A stretch of DNA of 64,000 nt, taken from NCBI GenBank assembly GCA_951406725.2, contig OX597831.1:48298001-48362000 (forward strand), given 5' to 3'. The position numbers and the translations under genes were made by a program. This stretch comes from Octopus vulgaris. Lineage: Eukaryota. The notes beneath the pieces are model-generated. The model searched no databases. It worked only from the letters and a program-made list of their open reading frames with translations, and had not been told where the DNA came from. Below are positions 37,870-51,272 of the stretch, one piece after another (the first letter of the stretch is position 1; each line of letters begins with the position of its first letter).

Positions 37870-39000
37870 TTCTATGGTTAATCTGGAAGTGTGTGTCCCC
37901 AGGAGAAACAGCCTAGGGTCGAGATGTCATCTACTGGCACAAGCTCTTCTCTAAAAAGAGAACCTGGTTGGTCACTTGAGCAGGAACTACCTCAACTTGA
38001 GCCCTCCAAGTTCACCACCATATCTACCACAGGAAGAAAAATGTAAGAGGATCAAATGGACCTGAGAAGAGTATAAAGAAGTAATATACACTTACTACTA
38101 TACATTAGGTAAGCCATCTGAAGAGAGACACGCCATACATTCTTATCAGATGTGAAGAACATGAAATCAGGACAGCAAACCCTATTTGGACGAAAAGAAG
38201 TGAGAAAATGTTAGGAGGGAAATCTTTAGAAATAATAGACTTGTAGATGATGAAATAACTATGATAAAGCACACAGTGGAAAATGACCTAGAGATAAGAC
38301 AGAAAAGAAAGGAAGAATCAGACAAAGAAAGCAGCACTTCATGAGTCTCAATTCAAAGACTGCCATCTGACTAGAACATGCAAATGCGTGAAGAAATAAA
38401 ATGTAATGAACCTGGTAGTCAAGAAAATGGTAAAAAACAGTATTTGAATATCACGTATTTGCTGAGGAACATAGATAGTCTATGATAGAAATGAAGCAGA
38501 AAATACTGAATAAGCTTGTATTTTGTAAGACATGCAAGTATGCAGAAGGCTCTGACATTCAGCATGTCAGCATGAAAGAGAAGATAAAGAAGGAATGTTA
38601 CAAGAGAGTTCAAGCAGTCCTGAAATCTGAGCTAAATGCATATAACAAGGTGTTAGCCATAAATTCCTTAGCAGTTTCAATTGTTATTTATAGCTTTAAT
38701 ATATTGAACTGGAATATCAGTGAAATAAAGAAAATTGATGGGAAAATTTGTAAGCTGCTAGCTTACAATAAAATGCACCATCCAATGGCAGACATGGATT
38801 GTCTTTGTCTTCTTGGAGCCCAAGGAGGTTGAGGCCTGATCCAATTTGAAATCTCTTATAAAACCACCACAATTAGACTTGCCAGATATCTTAAAACATC
38901 TAATGACTTGATGCTAAAACTTAATTGAGAGATGTAAGAAGCTTAATTCTGTCATGAAGGAGAACAAAAAAGCTGTTGGTATCTGGAAGAGCATCTAGTC
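37870..39000 (+). mobile_element. Degenerate, internally deleted R4/Dong-clade LINE
   Basis: N-terminal KRIKWT.EEYKEVI..YYY; thumb region KECYKRVQAVLKSELNAYNKVLAINSLAV..YSF...MHHPMADMDCLCL.GAQGG*GL. Confidence 0.75.
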
Positions 39001-39739
39001 ATAAAAATCACCACACCAAATCAGAAATTGGAGTACGGTGCTGTCCCTGGAGCCATTGGTTCCTGTCAAGCTGTTAATTCCATGCAGCATAAAGCATGGA
39101 CATTAATAATAATAATGATGATGGTGATGGTGGTAGTGGTGGTAGAAAAGATTATTATTACTGATTTCAATAGTGTGTAAGTGTGTTTCTTTGATTTCTC
39201 ACTCAGACTTTATTTCAAGCATTACCAAACAAACCATTTATCTTTGAAGTTCTTGTAAATAAAGATTAGTTAACCGTTGATGTATGTCCCCCATAGCTGG
39301 AAGTAAACAAAAGAGGAACAGAAGGAAAAGGCTTGCTTGTCTTTACAGACTTTACATTTGAATTAGCTTTACATTTTGATGACATTTCTAATAACCCCTG
39401 CTCCTAAGAAAAAAAAAATTCAACAGCAACCTACACAAACAAAAGACAAACAACATAAAAAAGAAACAACTTGAAACTCAAAATGAACGCTTACAGAATG
39501 AAGAATAAAAACAAAAATGAATATTTTAAAAGCCTTTAATGAGAAGAGACATTTTTCAGACAATTTAACAAATATTTTAAATGATAACAGAATACAAAAT
39601 ACCATTAATAATCACACAGAGACAATTATGATTAGTCGGGAAAAAATAATCACTGCAGCATTTGTGCTAAAGGAGCCAATTTTGCTTTTGTTGTTATGCA
39701 GATTGAGTTTTTAGTATGAATAAAGTTACTGGAAACATA

Positions 39740-40171
39740 GTGGTGTGGTTGTGTGGTAGGAAGCTTGTTTTTAGTCCCACAGCATGGCACCTTGGGAAAG
39801 TGTCCTCTACTATAGCCTTGGGCCAACCAAAGCTTTGTCGGTGGATTTGGTAGACAGAAGCTTAAAGAAACCCATTGTATCATTGCATGTATATATATAT
39901 ATATATATACGTGTGTGCATGCGTGCGTGTGTGTACACACACACATGCACACATATATATATATATATGTATCTATACATCATCATCATCATCATCATCA
40001 TTTAGCGTCCGCTTTCCATGCTAGCATGGGTTGGACGGTTCAACTGGGGTCTGTGAAGCTGGAAGGCTTCGTCAGGCCCAGTCAGATCTGGCAGTGTTTC
40101 TACAGCTGGATGCCCTTCCTAACGCCAACCACTCCGTGAGTGTAGTGGGTGCTTTTTACGTGCCACCTGCA

Positions 40172-40207
<36 letters not shown>

Positions 40208-40417
40208 TGTATGTATGTATGTATATAGCTCTGCATGTGTGTCTTTGTGTCTGTGTTTGTCCTTCACCACTGCTTGACAACTGGTGTTGGTGTGTTTACA
40301 TCCCTGTAACTTAGCAGTTCCAAAACGATATTGAGATAATAAATACTAGACTCAGAAAAAATAAGTCCTGAGGATCGATTTGTTTGACTTAAACCGTTCA
40401 AGGTGGTGATCCAGCAG
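39740..40417 (+). mobile_element. SINE A with an RTE 3' end (39978-40170, -) inserted in its central microsatellite
   Basis: 5' half, TA/CA tract, (CAT)n plus RTE terminus, (TATG)n, 3' half. Confidence 0.85.
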
Positions 40418-40789
40418 AAGACTGGTAGGGTTTTCTAAAACCAAACTGATTATTTCAGGATCTAATCCCAGGGAGGGTCAGAAGAAAATTAACACATCTC
40501 TGGTTTAAGGGGCATCTAAACACTGCATAGAAGAGGCATTCTATGAAATATCAGGAGAAATTCTCTAAATTTAGCATGATAATGCTTCTGAGGCTTCTGT
40601 GTATTTCCAAGACTGAAGACTTAAAAGTAAAGTCACCTCCTTGAGTTTACTGACTCATAAGGGCTGGTTTCCTGGTTTCCATGTCATATACATTCCCCCA
40701 CTGGCTGTGTATAAAACCACTACAATTAAACTTGCCAAATATCTTGAAACATCTAATGACTTGATGCTAAAACTCATTGAAAACCATGA

Positions 40790-41033
40790 GAGTGTGTGTG
40801 TGTGCATGCGTTTGTGTGTCTGTGTTCATTCCCCCAACATTGCTTGACAACCGATGCTGGTGTGTTTACATCCCCGTAATATAGCAGTTCGGCAAAAGAG
40901 ACCAATAGAATAAGTACTAGGCTTACAAAGAATAAGTCTTGGGGTCGATTTGCTTGACTAAAGGCGGTGCTCCAGCATGGCCACAGTCAAATGACTGAAA
41001 CAAGTAAAAGACTAAAAAAGAGTAAAAGAGTAA
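40790..41033 (+). mobile_element. SINE A 3' half
   Basis: Collinear with the consensus 3' half. Confidence 0.85.
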
Positions 41034-41144
41034 TTTAGTAAAATAACTTTCTAATAATTAAGCTGGGCTTTGCAACAATTTAGCATAAAATTTTGATGGA
41101 ATTTTATAATTTAGACCACTTTAAAGCAGTAAGTTTATGTTATA

Positions 41145-42218
41145 TGAAGTGGTATAAAAAACTTTCTGGGTTAGTTCTGTAGCATGCCAACAGATGGCAG
41201 CACATGGTTGCATGCACAGTGAGCGCTGGCAGTGACCTTCATGAGGCAGAGTGCCAAGTGACATTGCTGTGTTTAGCAAGTTGTGAAATATGTGTTTTTG
41301 TGATCATGTGTAAGCTGTACGAGTTTGTGATATTTGTCATGGACGGGAAACTAGAACAAATACACTGAGCATGCTTCAGCAAGCTTATGGTGATGAGGCA
41401 ATGTGTTGTACACAATGTTTCAAGTGGTACAGGCATTTCAAAAGTGGAAAAACGTCCCTAGAAGACGATGAGGGATCTGGAAGACCTCCTGCCATGAGCA
41501 TCAGCCCCCACAAATGTGGTATTGTGCATTGAGAATTCACCCCCCCCCCCAGGGCCAGACCATCGATCAACAGTTCTACTGTGACGTTTTGAAGTGTTTG
41601 AAGAAGAACATTTGGTGAAGGTGACCAGCTCTGTGGAGTACAGAGAACTGGATTCTTCACGATGGCGATGCACCCTGTCACTGAGGTTTCCTTACTTGTG
41701 TGTTTCTTGCCAAAATTAACATGGTGTTACTTCTGCACATCCCCTATTCACCAGATGTTACAAGAGAGTTCAAGCAGTCCTGAAATCTGAGCTAAATGCA
41801 TATAACAAGGTGTTAGCCATAAATTCCTTAGCAGTTTCAATTGTTATTTATAGCTTTAATATAAATTACTCTTTTACTCTTTTTTACTCCTTTACTTGTT
41901 TCAGTCATTTGACTGTGGCCATGCCTTTAGTCGAGCAAATCGACCCCAAGACTTATTCTTTGTAAGCTTCTTGCAAACTTCCATCTCTTCTCCAAAAGGA
42001 AGATGCAACTCAAAGGTTGCCATTTTAACCCATTTTCAAGATCTAGAATGAATTACAGAAGGTCCTCGACTCACTTACAGAATCCAGGCTGGAGTCCAAG
42101 CATGGCAGGAATGCTAGGACCAGTGTATTGTTGCACAAGGTGACTATTTCGAAGGAGATTATGTAAAAACTTAGGTAAAGAAGTTACTTTATATTAAACA
42201 TGACTAATCTAGGAATCT
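41145..42218 (+). mobile_element. Degenerate mariner transposon
   Basis: LQQAYGDEAM..TQCFKWYRHFKSGKTSLEDDEGSGRP; QGQTIDQQFYCDVL; WILHDGDAPCH; PYSPD; FHLF; CIVAQGDYFEGD. Confidence 0.85.
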
Positions 42219-42774
42219 AGGGTGGTCTCAGGCAGATTGGTGTCAAAAGAGTTAATTGACTTCACCCCTACCCCAAACCATCAGGCCAGAATATGAAACT
42301 AATATTAATAATGTGGTATCATTTATATTAAAGTACAAATACTTGTACTTTATTTAATTTTCTAAGTAAATTGGAAATATTTAATATAGAGGTGACCACC
42401 CTTCATTTGAAGAAATCCAGTAATTTTGAAAGGCTTTGTAATCAAAGGTTCCAGAAAATCGATGTTGTATCTGTATGTGTTTGATTTTAATATTCTTATA
42501 CATTATTTTCCTCTCAACGTGTTATCACATCATCACATTAAATCACAGCTGATTCAAGCAAAGAACACAATGTTTCCATTTGGTTTTCCAAATTGCTGAT
42601 AGCAGCTGCTGATAAATGTGTCACTGTTGTCTCTCTTGGTAGCAGAAGGTGGGATTTTAAATTCAGAGCGCATGATAAAGAACCAGAATAGAAGTGACAA
42701 GACAGCTTGTCTGTTGCTATAGCAATCACATCCATCTACAGCCCTGGACCGGTACTTCATTTATTGACTCCTGA

Positions 42775-43138
42775 GCAACCACATGGTTCCAGGTTCAGTC
42801 CCACTGTGTGGCATATTGGGCAGGTGTCTTCTACTATAGCCTCAGGCGGACCAAAGCCTTGTGAGTGGATTTGGTAGAGGGAAACTGAAAGAAGCCCATT
42901 ATATATATGTATTTATATATATGTATGTGTGTATGCTTGTGTGTCTGTGTTTGTCCCCCTAGCATTGGTCGACAACCGATGCTGGTGTGTTTATGTCCCC
43001 ATCACTTAGCGGTTCGGCATAGAATAAGTTCTAGGCTTACAAAGAATAAGTGCTGGGGTCGATTTGCTCGACTAAAGACAGTGCTCCAGCATGGCTGCAG
43101 TCAAATGATTGAAACAAGTAACAGAGTAAAAAGAGAGA
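42775..43138 (+). mobile_element. SINE family A
   Basis: Collinear copy, head truncated. Confidence 0.85.
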
Positions 43139-45512
43139 GTGACCATGACAGAGTTTCAGTTCTGGGTGCATGCAGTGTGTTGGAGGTGGAGGCATGTGGC
43201 TTAGTGGTAAGGGTGTTGGACTTGTGATTATAAGATTGTGGTTTCAATTCCTTGACCAAGCGACACGTTGTGTTCTTGAGCAAAACACTTCATTTCACAT
43301 TGCCCAAGTCCACTCAGCTGGCAAAAAGGAGTAATCCTGCGACGGACCGGCGTCCCGTCCAGGTGGGGAATTTCTATGCCATGAAACCAGGAAACTGGCT
43401 TTTGTGAATCAGCATAACACAAGAAAATAACTTCACCTTTTCTTTTGTCAGTGAGTTGAGATAAATACTGCATAACCTTCTTTCCAACACCTGATAATTT
43501 GCTATTGTAATATGATATTAGTGGCTTTATAGGTTTTTTCTCCTTTTCAAAGTTGCCTTGACACTTTTATTTTTTTTTTTGTTTTACCTTTACACAAAAA
43601 AAACTTAACATTATGTTCAGTTCTTCTGCTGAATCCATGTTCTGTATCTGACAATATCTCCAATTCTTGTCACATGCAGCATACAACTTGCTTATTCATA
43701 TACAAAAGAAATGTCATTGTCTTTCCATAGCATTTGTTTCTGACTTCAGTCTGATGTAGCATGTTCATTGAAGTAATTAATACCAAGCAGAAAAGGAATG
43801 GAAAATTCCTCTACTAATTGTAATAGGATTCATTCTTATAATTCTCTCATTGATTTCTATCAAGAGAATTGTTACCATTTACTCATAATATATGTACCTG
43901 CTTCTTATTGGTGCTACCTCACCCATTTCTGCTGGAAATATTGGCAAGTAGGGAACACGATCAAATCATTCTGTATCATACTGAGGTCCTTTTTTCTCTT
44001 TTGTATCTTTAGTTACAGCTTTGGGGGTTCAATAACCGATCTTTATAACCATTTGCCTGTCTAAAGACTGTTTTGTCCGAAAAACATCTATGCCTGTTTT
44101 CAGACTTTTAGTTAACCATCATTTCATACATTTTGACTTATCTAAAACTTTCCTTTCATAAGTCCCAAGTTACTTTGGTGAGTGAAAAAAAAAATGAGTG
44201 TGGGGTGTATCATATGCGAGGGTGGACAGTTAAGTTCATAGACTGACTATGAAAGAGTGATACTAGAAGTGCAAAATCATGCATACATTAATTTCAGCTC
44301 TTCTTGTATTGTTTCTTTCCAGATAAACTGACATCTGACTGCTTAAAGAAGACTTCAAAAATAGCTAGTAACAACTTCTCTTAAAAATAGACAATAGGCA
44401 CTGAAAAACATTAATGGTCATTTCAAGGTGCCCTCTATTGGAAGTGGTGAATGCATTTCTAGCTTTTGGGCAATCAACAAAACAACTCTGTTAGTACCAC
44501 AAGAAAGACAACCCTGTTAGTTCTCTGTTTTTAAAGATGATTGTCCTGTATTTCCAGGAACTAAATTATTTACACATTGAATTAATACAAAAGTGGTCAA
44601 ATGTTCTACTGACACTTGTAACATTAATGTTCTCTTCCGGTGGAGGCTACAATATGTGACATTCATCATATGTGACAAAACTGGTACATGGAATCACAAA
44701 TACCATCTGTCTGGCAGTCTTCTACAGAATTTCTGTCAACCCAACTTCACTCATAAGATTTGGGGTAATTTGAGCACAGAGCAAAAGCTATTTTACTAGG
44801 ATGCTGTGTAGTGGGATTGAAGCTGGTACCTCATGATTGCAAAGCCAATTTCTTAAGTGGTTGATGATACTGCATACTTGTCAAAAGTAACATTTTTATC
44901 TTTTGTGCTTGTTTTGATCATGTGGGGAGCAACAACTTCAAGGGTTTAGTTGAACAAACCACCCCTGGTACTTATTTTTTAATTCTGATACTTATTCTAT
45001 CAATTATTTTTGCCAAACTGCTAAGTTCAAATTCTGTCAGATAACTGAAAACTGATAGATGGAAACTAAGAGAAACCAGTCATATATATATATATGTTTC
45101 TATGCGTATGGGTGTCTATGTTTTTCTTTGTTGTGTGTGTGTGTGTGTGCGTGTATGTGTGCATGTGCACGAGTGGCTGTGTGAGAGTGTATGCATGTGT
45201 GTGTGTTGCTATTTCCTTGCCTTGACATCACATGCTAGTTGTAAACAACTGTCACTGTCATACAAGTGGTGTCCTTCATTTCCAATCTTCCATAAAAACA
45301 TGCCTGGCCTTGAGGAAATATCATCTTAAGTGGAAACAATTGAAGGTTGATGAGAGGAGGGAGGGACATCCAGTCATAGAAAATTCACCTCAACAAATTC
45401 AGTCTGACCCATGCAAGCATAGAAAAGTAGATGCTGAAATGACGATGATGATGTTGTTTTCCACATTCTCCATCTTTGGTAATTCCTCCCCCACAAAATT
45501 TTGTTTCTTATT

Positions 45513-45727
45513 ATTACTCTTTACTCTTTTACTCTTTTACTTGTTTCAGTCATTTGACTGCAGCCATGCTGGAGCACCGCCTTTAGTCGAGCACATCGAC
45601 CCCAGAACTTATTCTTTGTAAGCCGAGTACTTATTCTATCGGTCTCTTTTGCCAAACCGCTAAGTTACGGGGACATAAACACACCAGCATCGGTTATCTA
45701 GCGATGTTAGGAGGACAAACACACACA

Positions 45728-45793
<66 letters not shown>

Positions 45794-45960
45794 CACATAT
45801 ACAACAGGCTTCTTTCAGTTTCCGTCTACCAAATCCACTCACAAGGCTTTGGTTGGCCCGAGGCTATAGTAGAAGACACTTGCCCAAGGTGCCACGCAGT
45901 GGGACTGAACTCGGAACCATGTGGTTGGTAAGCAAGCTACTTACCACACAGCCACTCCTG
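45513..45960 (-). mobile_element. SINE family A, full length, (CA)n centre
   Basis: Near-consensus copy. Confidence 0.9.
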
Positions 45961-46708
45961 GTGCCTTTCAATTGATATTGATTTCATTTCCATTTCGTTT
46001 TTACTACAATTTTACTTGAATCCTTTTGTGTAGGCATCTTCAGACAACGTTTTTTTTTTTCATAGAATCATTGTTGTTTTTCATAAAGATGGATTATTTG
46101 CAATTTAACCAGGATCCCTTACTTTAGATATTTTAAAAATTCTCTTTTGTTTTTTTTCCTTCTATTCAAACTGCATTTCTGCATTATTTCTCCCTCTCGT
46201 TCTTTCTTTCTTTCTTTCTCTCTCTCATTCTCTTCTTTTCTTTCTTTCTCTCTCACCCTGTCTCTCTCATTCACCTTCCCCTCTCTCTCCTCTCTTTGTG
46301 TGTCTCTCTAATTTGCGTATTCTCATTGTTGATTTCTGTAAGAATTGCAAGATCTTTTATTTTATTTTCCGTCTTTCCCTCTGCGTTTGTTTTCCCTGAG
46401 TTGTTTAATTCAATATAGATGTTTCTATCTCAGTAAATTTGAGAAAGTATCCTGCTGCAACATCTTATTTTGTTTATCCTGGTGATATTCATATTTGTAT
46501 CTGTTTTCACTAAATCTACCTTGGCCAAATTTTTCAAGGGTTTTTTTGTTGTTTTTTTTGTTTTGCTTTCTATTGTTATTGCTATTTTATGATTAAATTT
46601 TATCTTTGGAAGTATCTTTTCACTGATACATAAATAAAAAAAAAAAAAAAGCTAAGCATTTTAAATCATTAGCTATTTCAGATTCTTGACTAATGTCATA
46701 TTGAAAAT

Positions 46709-46986
46709 GTCCACCACCACCACCTCCACCACCATCACTGCTGCCAAAATTGCCACCACCGCCACCACCGCCACCACCACCACCACCACCACCACCACCA
46801 CTACCACCACCACCACCTCCACCACCATCACTGCTGCTGCCTCTGCCACCACCACCACCACAACCACCACCACTGATACCATCACCACCACCATCACCAC
46901 CACTACCACCACCACCTTCACTGCTGCTACCAATGCCACCAACGCTGCCACCGACACCACTACCACCACCACTGCCACTGCCACCC
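46709..46986. repeat. Degenerate (CCA)n trinucleotide tract
   Basis: Gives poly-Gly/Pro/Thr/Val ORFs in several frames. Confidence 0.9.
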
Positions 46987-47034
46987 AAGATTTCCGGAAT
47001 ATTCTATTCCTAAGCTTTTCTCATTTTTTAAAAT

Positions 47035-47264
47035 TCTTTTACTTGTTTCAGTTATTTGACTGCAGCTACACTGGGGCACCACCTTGAAGGGTTTTAGTTG
47101 AACAAATTAACCCCAGGATTTTGATTTTCAAAGTGTAGTACTTATTCTATCAGTTTCTTTTGTCAAACTGTTAAGTTACAGGAACATAAACACACAAACA
47201 CCGGTTGTCAAGAAGTGGTGGGAGACAACACTGACACAAAGACACACACACACATAGATATATA

Positions 47265-47300
<36 letters not shown>

Positions 47301-47461
47301 CACAATGGGCTTCTTTTGGTTTCTGTCTACCAAATCCACTCACAAGGCTTTGGTCAACCTGAAGCTATAGTAGAAGACACTTGCCCAAGGTGCCATGCAG
47401 TGGGGCTGAACCCAGGACCATGTGGTTGGGAAGCAAACTTCTTACCACACAGCCATGCCTG
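47035..47461 (-). mobile_element. SINE family A (variant)
   Basis: Collinear copy. Confidence 0.85.
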
Positions 47462-47631
47462 TTTACATCCATTAATTTTTTTCTTCAATGTAGTTCTAGT
47501 TAAGCATTTGTGGGTCAGTATTCTACATGTATACTAGGGTTTGATTTCCACTATGCATTCTTTCTTTACAAATGTTCTGTATCTTATATGCTTTCTGGCT
47601 TCTGTTGGAATCCAAAGTTACATTTACATTA

Positions 47632-48070
47632 TAAAGGGGTGCTAAAATGTTCCTGGCTTAAACGGTAATGTGAAAGGCCTGGCTGGAGGCCCAACCGTCT
47701 AAGTTCTTTTACAGGGCTTAGAAAAACTGAAGGATCATTGCAATATGTGTATGAATCTGAGAGGGGAATATGTTGAATAAAATCATAATTAACTGATCCT
47801 CCAGTATTTTCTTTTATCCAAGACCAGGGACTTTTTAGTGCCCCATCATATATATATGAGGGGATGCTAGAATGGTTCTGGCTTTAAGGGTATTATGAAA
47901 GGCTTGGTTGGAGGCCCAACCTTCTGAGTTCTTTTACAGGGCTTAGAAAAAGTGAAGGATTGCTGCTATAAGTGTGTGAATATGAGAAGGGAATATATTG
48001 TATAAGAACATAATTAACTGATCTTCTAGTATTTTCTTTTACCCAAAGCCAGGAACTATCAGCACCCTCT
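47632..48070 (+). mobile_element. Two tandem mariner-derived MITEs (47632-47850, 47857-48070)
   Basis: TIRs gggg.tgcta.aa.gttc.tggct / agccagga.ct.t.agcaccc; internal transposase tail KLKDHCNMCMNLRGEYVE*; separated by (TA)n. Confidence 0.75.
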
Positions 48071-48190
48071 GCCGTATGGTTATATTTTTCCAGATAATAT
48101 ACAAGTATGCTGCAGTATCTTAATTTTGAGGATAAAGCATGACTACAGAATATGTATGTTGTATGGAAATGTATTCCCATCATGTTCATG

Positions 48191-48221
<31 letters not shown>

Positions 48222-48951
48222 TGTTTTATCGATGGGACTTGAGGAAAGTCCAATCTTTTACCAACAATTTCATTAATTACAAGTTTATTTTTTCTAGTCG
48301 TTCTGAAGTTCACAAGCTTCATTTACATACTTTTTATGCATTAAATTCTTACTATGCATTCCCCTTTTTGACTTTTTTGTCAAATGATATAGTTTCCATT
48401 ATTTAGCAATTCCTTTTGCTTGAGGCCAGATTTGTATATATGTTGCTGATTGCACATTTCTCTGTTAGTGTGTTTATATGTAAATAGCTAATCAGTAATT
48501 ATAGCAAACATTTTCAATAAATTACTTACGTAAAGCGAAAAGCAATAGCATTGCAACAATAATACATCACTTACACGAGTATCCTTTCACATTTTTGCCA
48601 CTTGCTTGCAGTTTTTATGAACCGGAATGACATGTGCAGCCATTGCAGATACGATATCACAACCAGGGATTATAGGAGCAGTTGGCTGATTTTTGCAGAA
48701 AACATGGCACTACTTGGTTCATTGGAAGGTTATCTCTGGCATGTACTGGAATTCACTGCCAAATGCTGCAAAGCAAGGATGAGAATTTGTCTTGTAAAGA
48801 CTAAGGCAGTGCTATTTCTTTATTATTCAGAATCAGTAGATTATCAGACAAGCTATCTTCTCTTTATTCTGGCTCTTTACATTCTGGGTTCAATTCCCAC
48901 TGAGGTCAAGTTTGTTTCTCATCACTCTATAAAATAATATAAAATAAATGT

Positions 48952-49110
48952 AGGTGCAGGAGTGGCTGTGTGGTAAGTAGCTTGCTTACCAACTACATGG
49001 TTCCGGGTTCAGTCTACTATAGCCTCGGGCCGACCAAAGCCTTGTGAGTGGATTTGGTAGACAGAAACTGAAAGAAGCCTGTAGTATATATGTGCGTGTA
49101 TATTAATATG

Positions 49111-49148
<38 letters not shown>

Positions 49149-49370
49149 GGTGTATGTGTTTGTGTGTCTGTGTTTGTCCCCCCAACATCACTTGACAACC
49201 GATGCTGGTGTGTTTACGTCCCAGTAACTTAGCAGTTCGGCAAAAGAGACCAATTGAATAGTACTAGGCTTACAAAGAATAAATCCTGGGGTCGATTTGC
49301 TTGACTAAAGGCCGTGCTCCAGCATGGCTGCAGTCAAATGACTGAAACAAGTAAAAGAGTAAAGAGTAAA
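48952..49370 (+). mobile_element. SINE family A (small deletion after the B-box)
   Basis: Collinear copy. Confidence 0.9.
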
Positions 49371-49668
49371 CTATTTTATTCATATACTAATATCAACATA
49401 ATTGACTAATGTCTCCCTAAAATTCCAGGCCTTATGCTGATGACACTGGAAACAATTTAGGGTTTTGGGCTTGGTATCAACTAACCACCTCTTCTCCAAA
49501 CTTCAGATCCAGACATGAGTGCATGGTAAGAAGTTTGCTTCCCAATCACGTAGTTTCAGGTTCAGTTCTACTGTGAGGCATGTTGGTCAAGTATCTTCTA
49601 CTATAGCTTCAAGCTGACCAAAACCTTGTGAGTTGATTTGGTGGACAGAAACTGAGAGAAGCTCATTA

Positions 49669-49711
<43 letters not shown>

Positions 49712-50457
49712 TGTTACTGTTTCAATGCCTTGACGTCATGTGATGGTCGTAAATGAATGTTACTGCTTCCTCCTCTTCCTCCTCCTCTATTCTACAAGAG
49801 ATAAAGAGTATTTTAAATAGTTTTTCTTATCTTGCCCTCCCTGTCTCTCTAGCTCTTTCTCTCACTCTCTCTTTCTTTCTCTCTCCCTCCCCTACCTCTC
49901 CCCGCTCTCTCTCTCTCTCTCCTGTAACACAGGGTGGACTGATAGGGCTAAAACATTATTGTATTCTCTGATATGGAAGAGAAATGATAAAAAAAAAAAA
50001 AAACAGACCATGAATGCATATCAGAAAATGTTTGATATTGTCTTTCTTTTTTTCAAGCTAAGATACCAAGAATTTGTATTAATAGGATGGCAAATATTTC
50101 TATTGCTGTCAGAAACCATATTAGAAATGGTAAAAAAATTTATTTTAAAGATACCTATCTGATCATTATGTTAATGAGGTTTTGCCATAAACATCATGTG
50201 TTTAGTTATATGTGTGTATGTCTATGTGTGTGTGTATGTGCACATATATGTGTGTGTGTGTGCATATGTGCACAACATATGTGTGTGTGTGTGTGTGTAT
50301 GTGTGCACAAGCATGGCTTTGTGGTAAGAAGCTTGCTTCCCAACCACATGGTTTTACAGGTGCAGTCCCATAGTGTCGAATCTTGGGCAAGAGTTTTCTA
50401 TTATAGCCTCGGGCTGATCAAAGTAATAGAAAGCCTGTCATATATATATATATATTT

Positions 50458-50765
50458 GTAGAGGTGCAATGTCCCAGTGGTTCAGGCAGTGGACTCGCGG
50501 TTGTAGGATCGCGGTTTTGATTCCCAGACCGAGTGTTGTGAGTGTTTATTGAGTGAAAATACCTAAAGTTCCACGAGGCTCCAGCAGTGGGTGGTGGTGA
50601 TCCCTGCTGTACTCTTTTTCCACAACTTTCTCTCACTCTTTCTTCTGTTGGCCTGCTCACTTAGCCAGCATGGTGGCATCACTTGAATGCTAAAACAATG
50701 CGAAATGCATTGTGACCAGCGATGTGTAGCAACATTTGATAGCCTGGTTGGTCACAGTGATCACA
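50458..50765 (+). mobile_element. tRNA-headed SINE (fourth family) inserted after a SINE A 5' half (50308-50455)
   Basis: Degenerate A/B boxes (tgtcccagtgg, ggttttgattccc), flanked by (TA)n. Confidence 0.6.
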
Positions 50766-50862
50766 TATAATATATATATATATATCATGAATAGCGAAAG
50801 CGAAACCAGTTGATATGTTAAAAATGTTATTAAAACTATGAAAAGTTACCCAAAAGCAAGGT

Positions 50863-51272
50863 CATCCTCATCATCACCGTCGTCGTCGTTTAACGTCCGC
50901 TTTCCATGCTGGCATGGGTTGGACGGTTTGACTGATGGTTGGCAAGCCAGAAGGCTGCACCAGGTCCCAATCTGATCTGACAAAGTTTCTACAGCTGGAT
51001 GCCCTTCCTAATGTAAACTGAAAGTGTAGTGGGTGCTTTTACATGCCACCAGCATGAGGGCCATTGAGGAGATACTGGCATCTGCCACGTTCAGATGGTA
51101 CTTTTTACATGACACCGGCACAGGAGCCAGTCCAGCAGCACTGGCAATAACCATGCGCGAATGGTGTTTTTTATGTGCCAGTGGCACAGGAGCCAGTCAG
51201 GCGACACTGGCAACGACCATGATTGAATGGTGCTTTTTACATGCCACCAGCATGGGAGCCAGTCAGCGTCCC
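50863..51272 (-). mobile_element. 3' UTR of a related RTE with ~4 diverged array units
   Basis: (CAT/CGT)n tail, conserved terminus, GCCAGT-loop-ACTGGC units. Confidence 0.85.

Noticed and set aside
43880-44110. Possible piggyBac transposase C-terminal remnant (minus, FDRVPYLPIF)
   Set aside because: Too degenerate, and the expected Cys-rich tail is not recoverable by eye.
46620-47087. Gly-, Pro- or Thr-rich protein gene
   Set aside because: A (CCA)n tract open in many frames, with no convincing splice sites or non-repetitive domain.
49437-49455. CTGATGA-cactg-GAAAC
   Set aside because: No real stem II or stem I; lies in a decayed SINE B tail.
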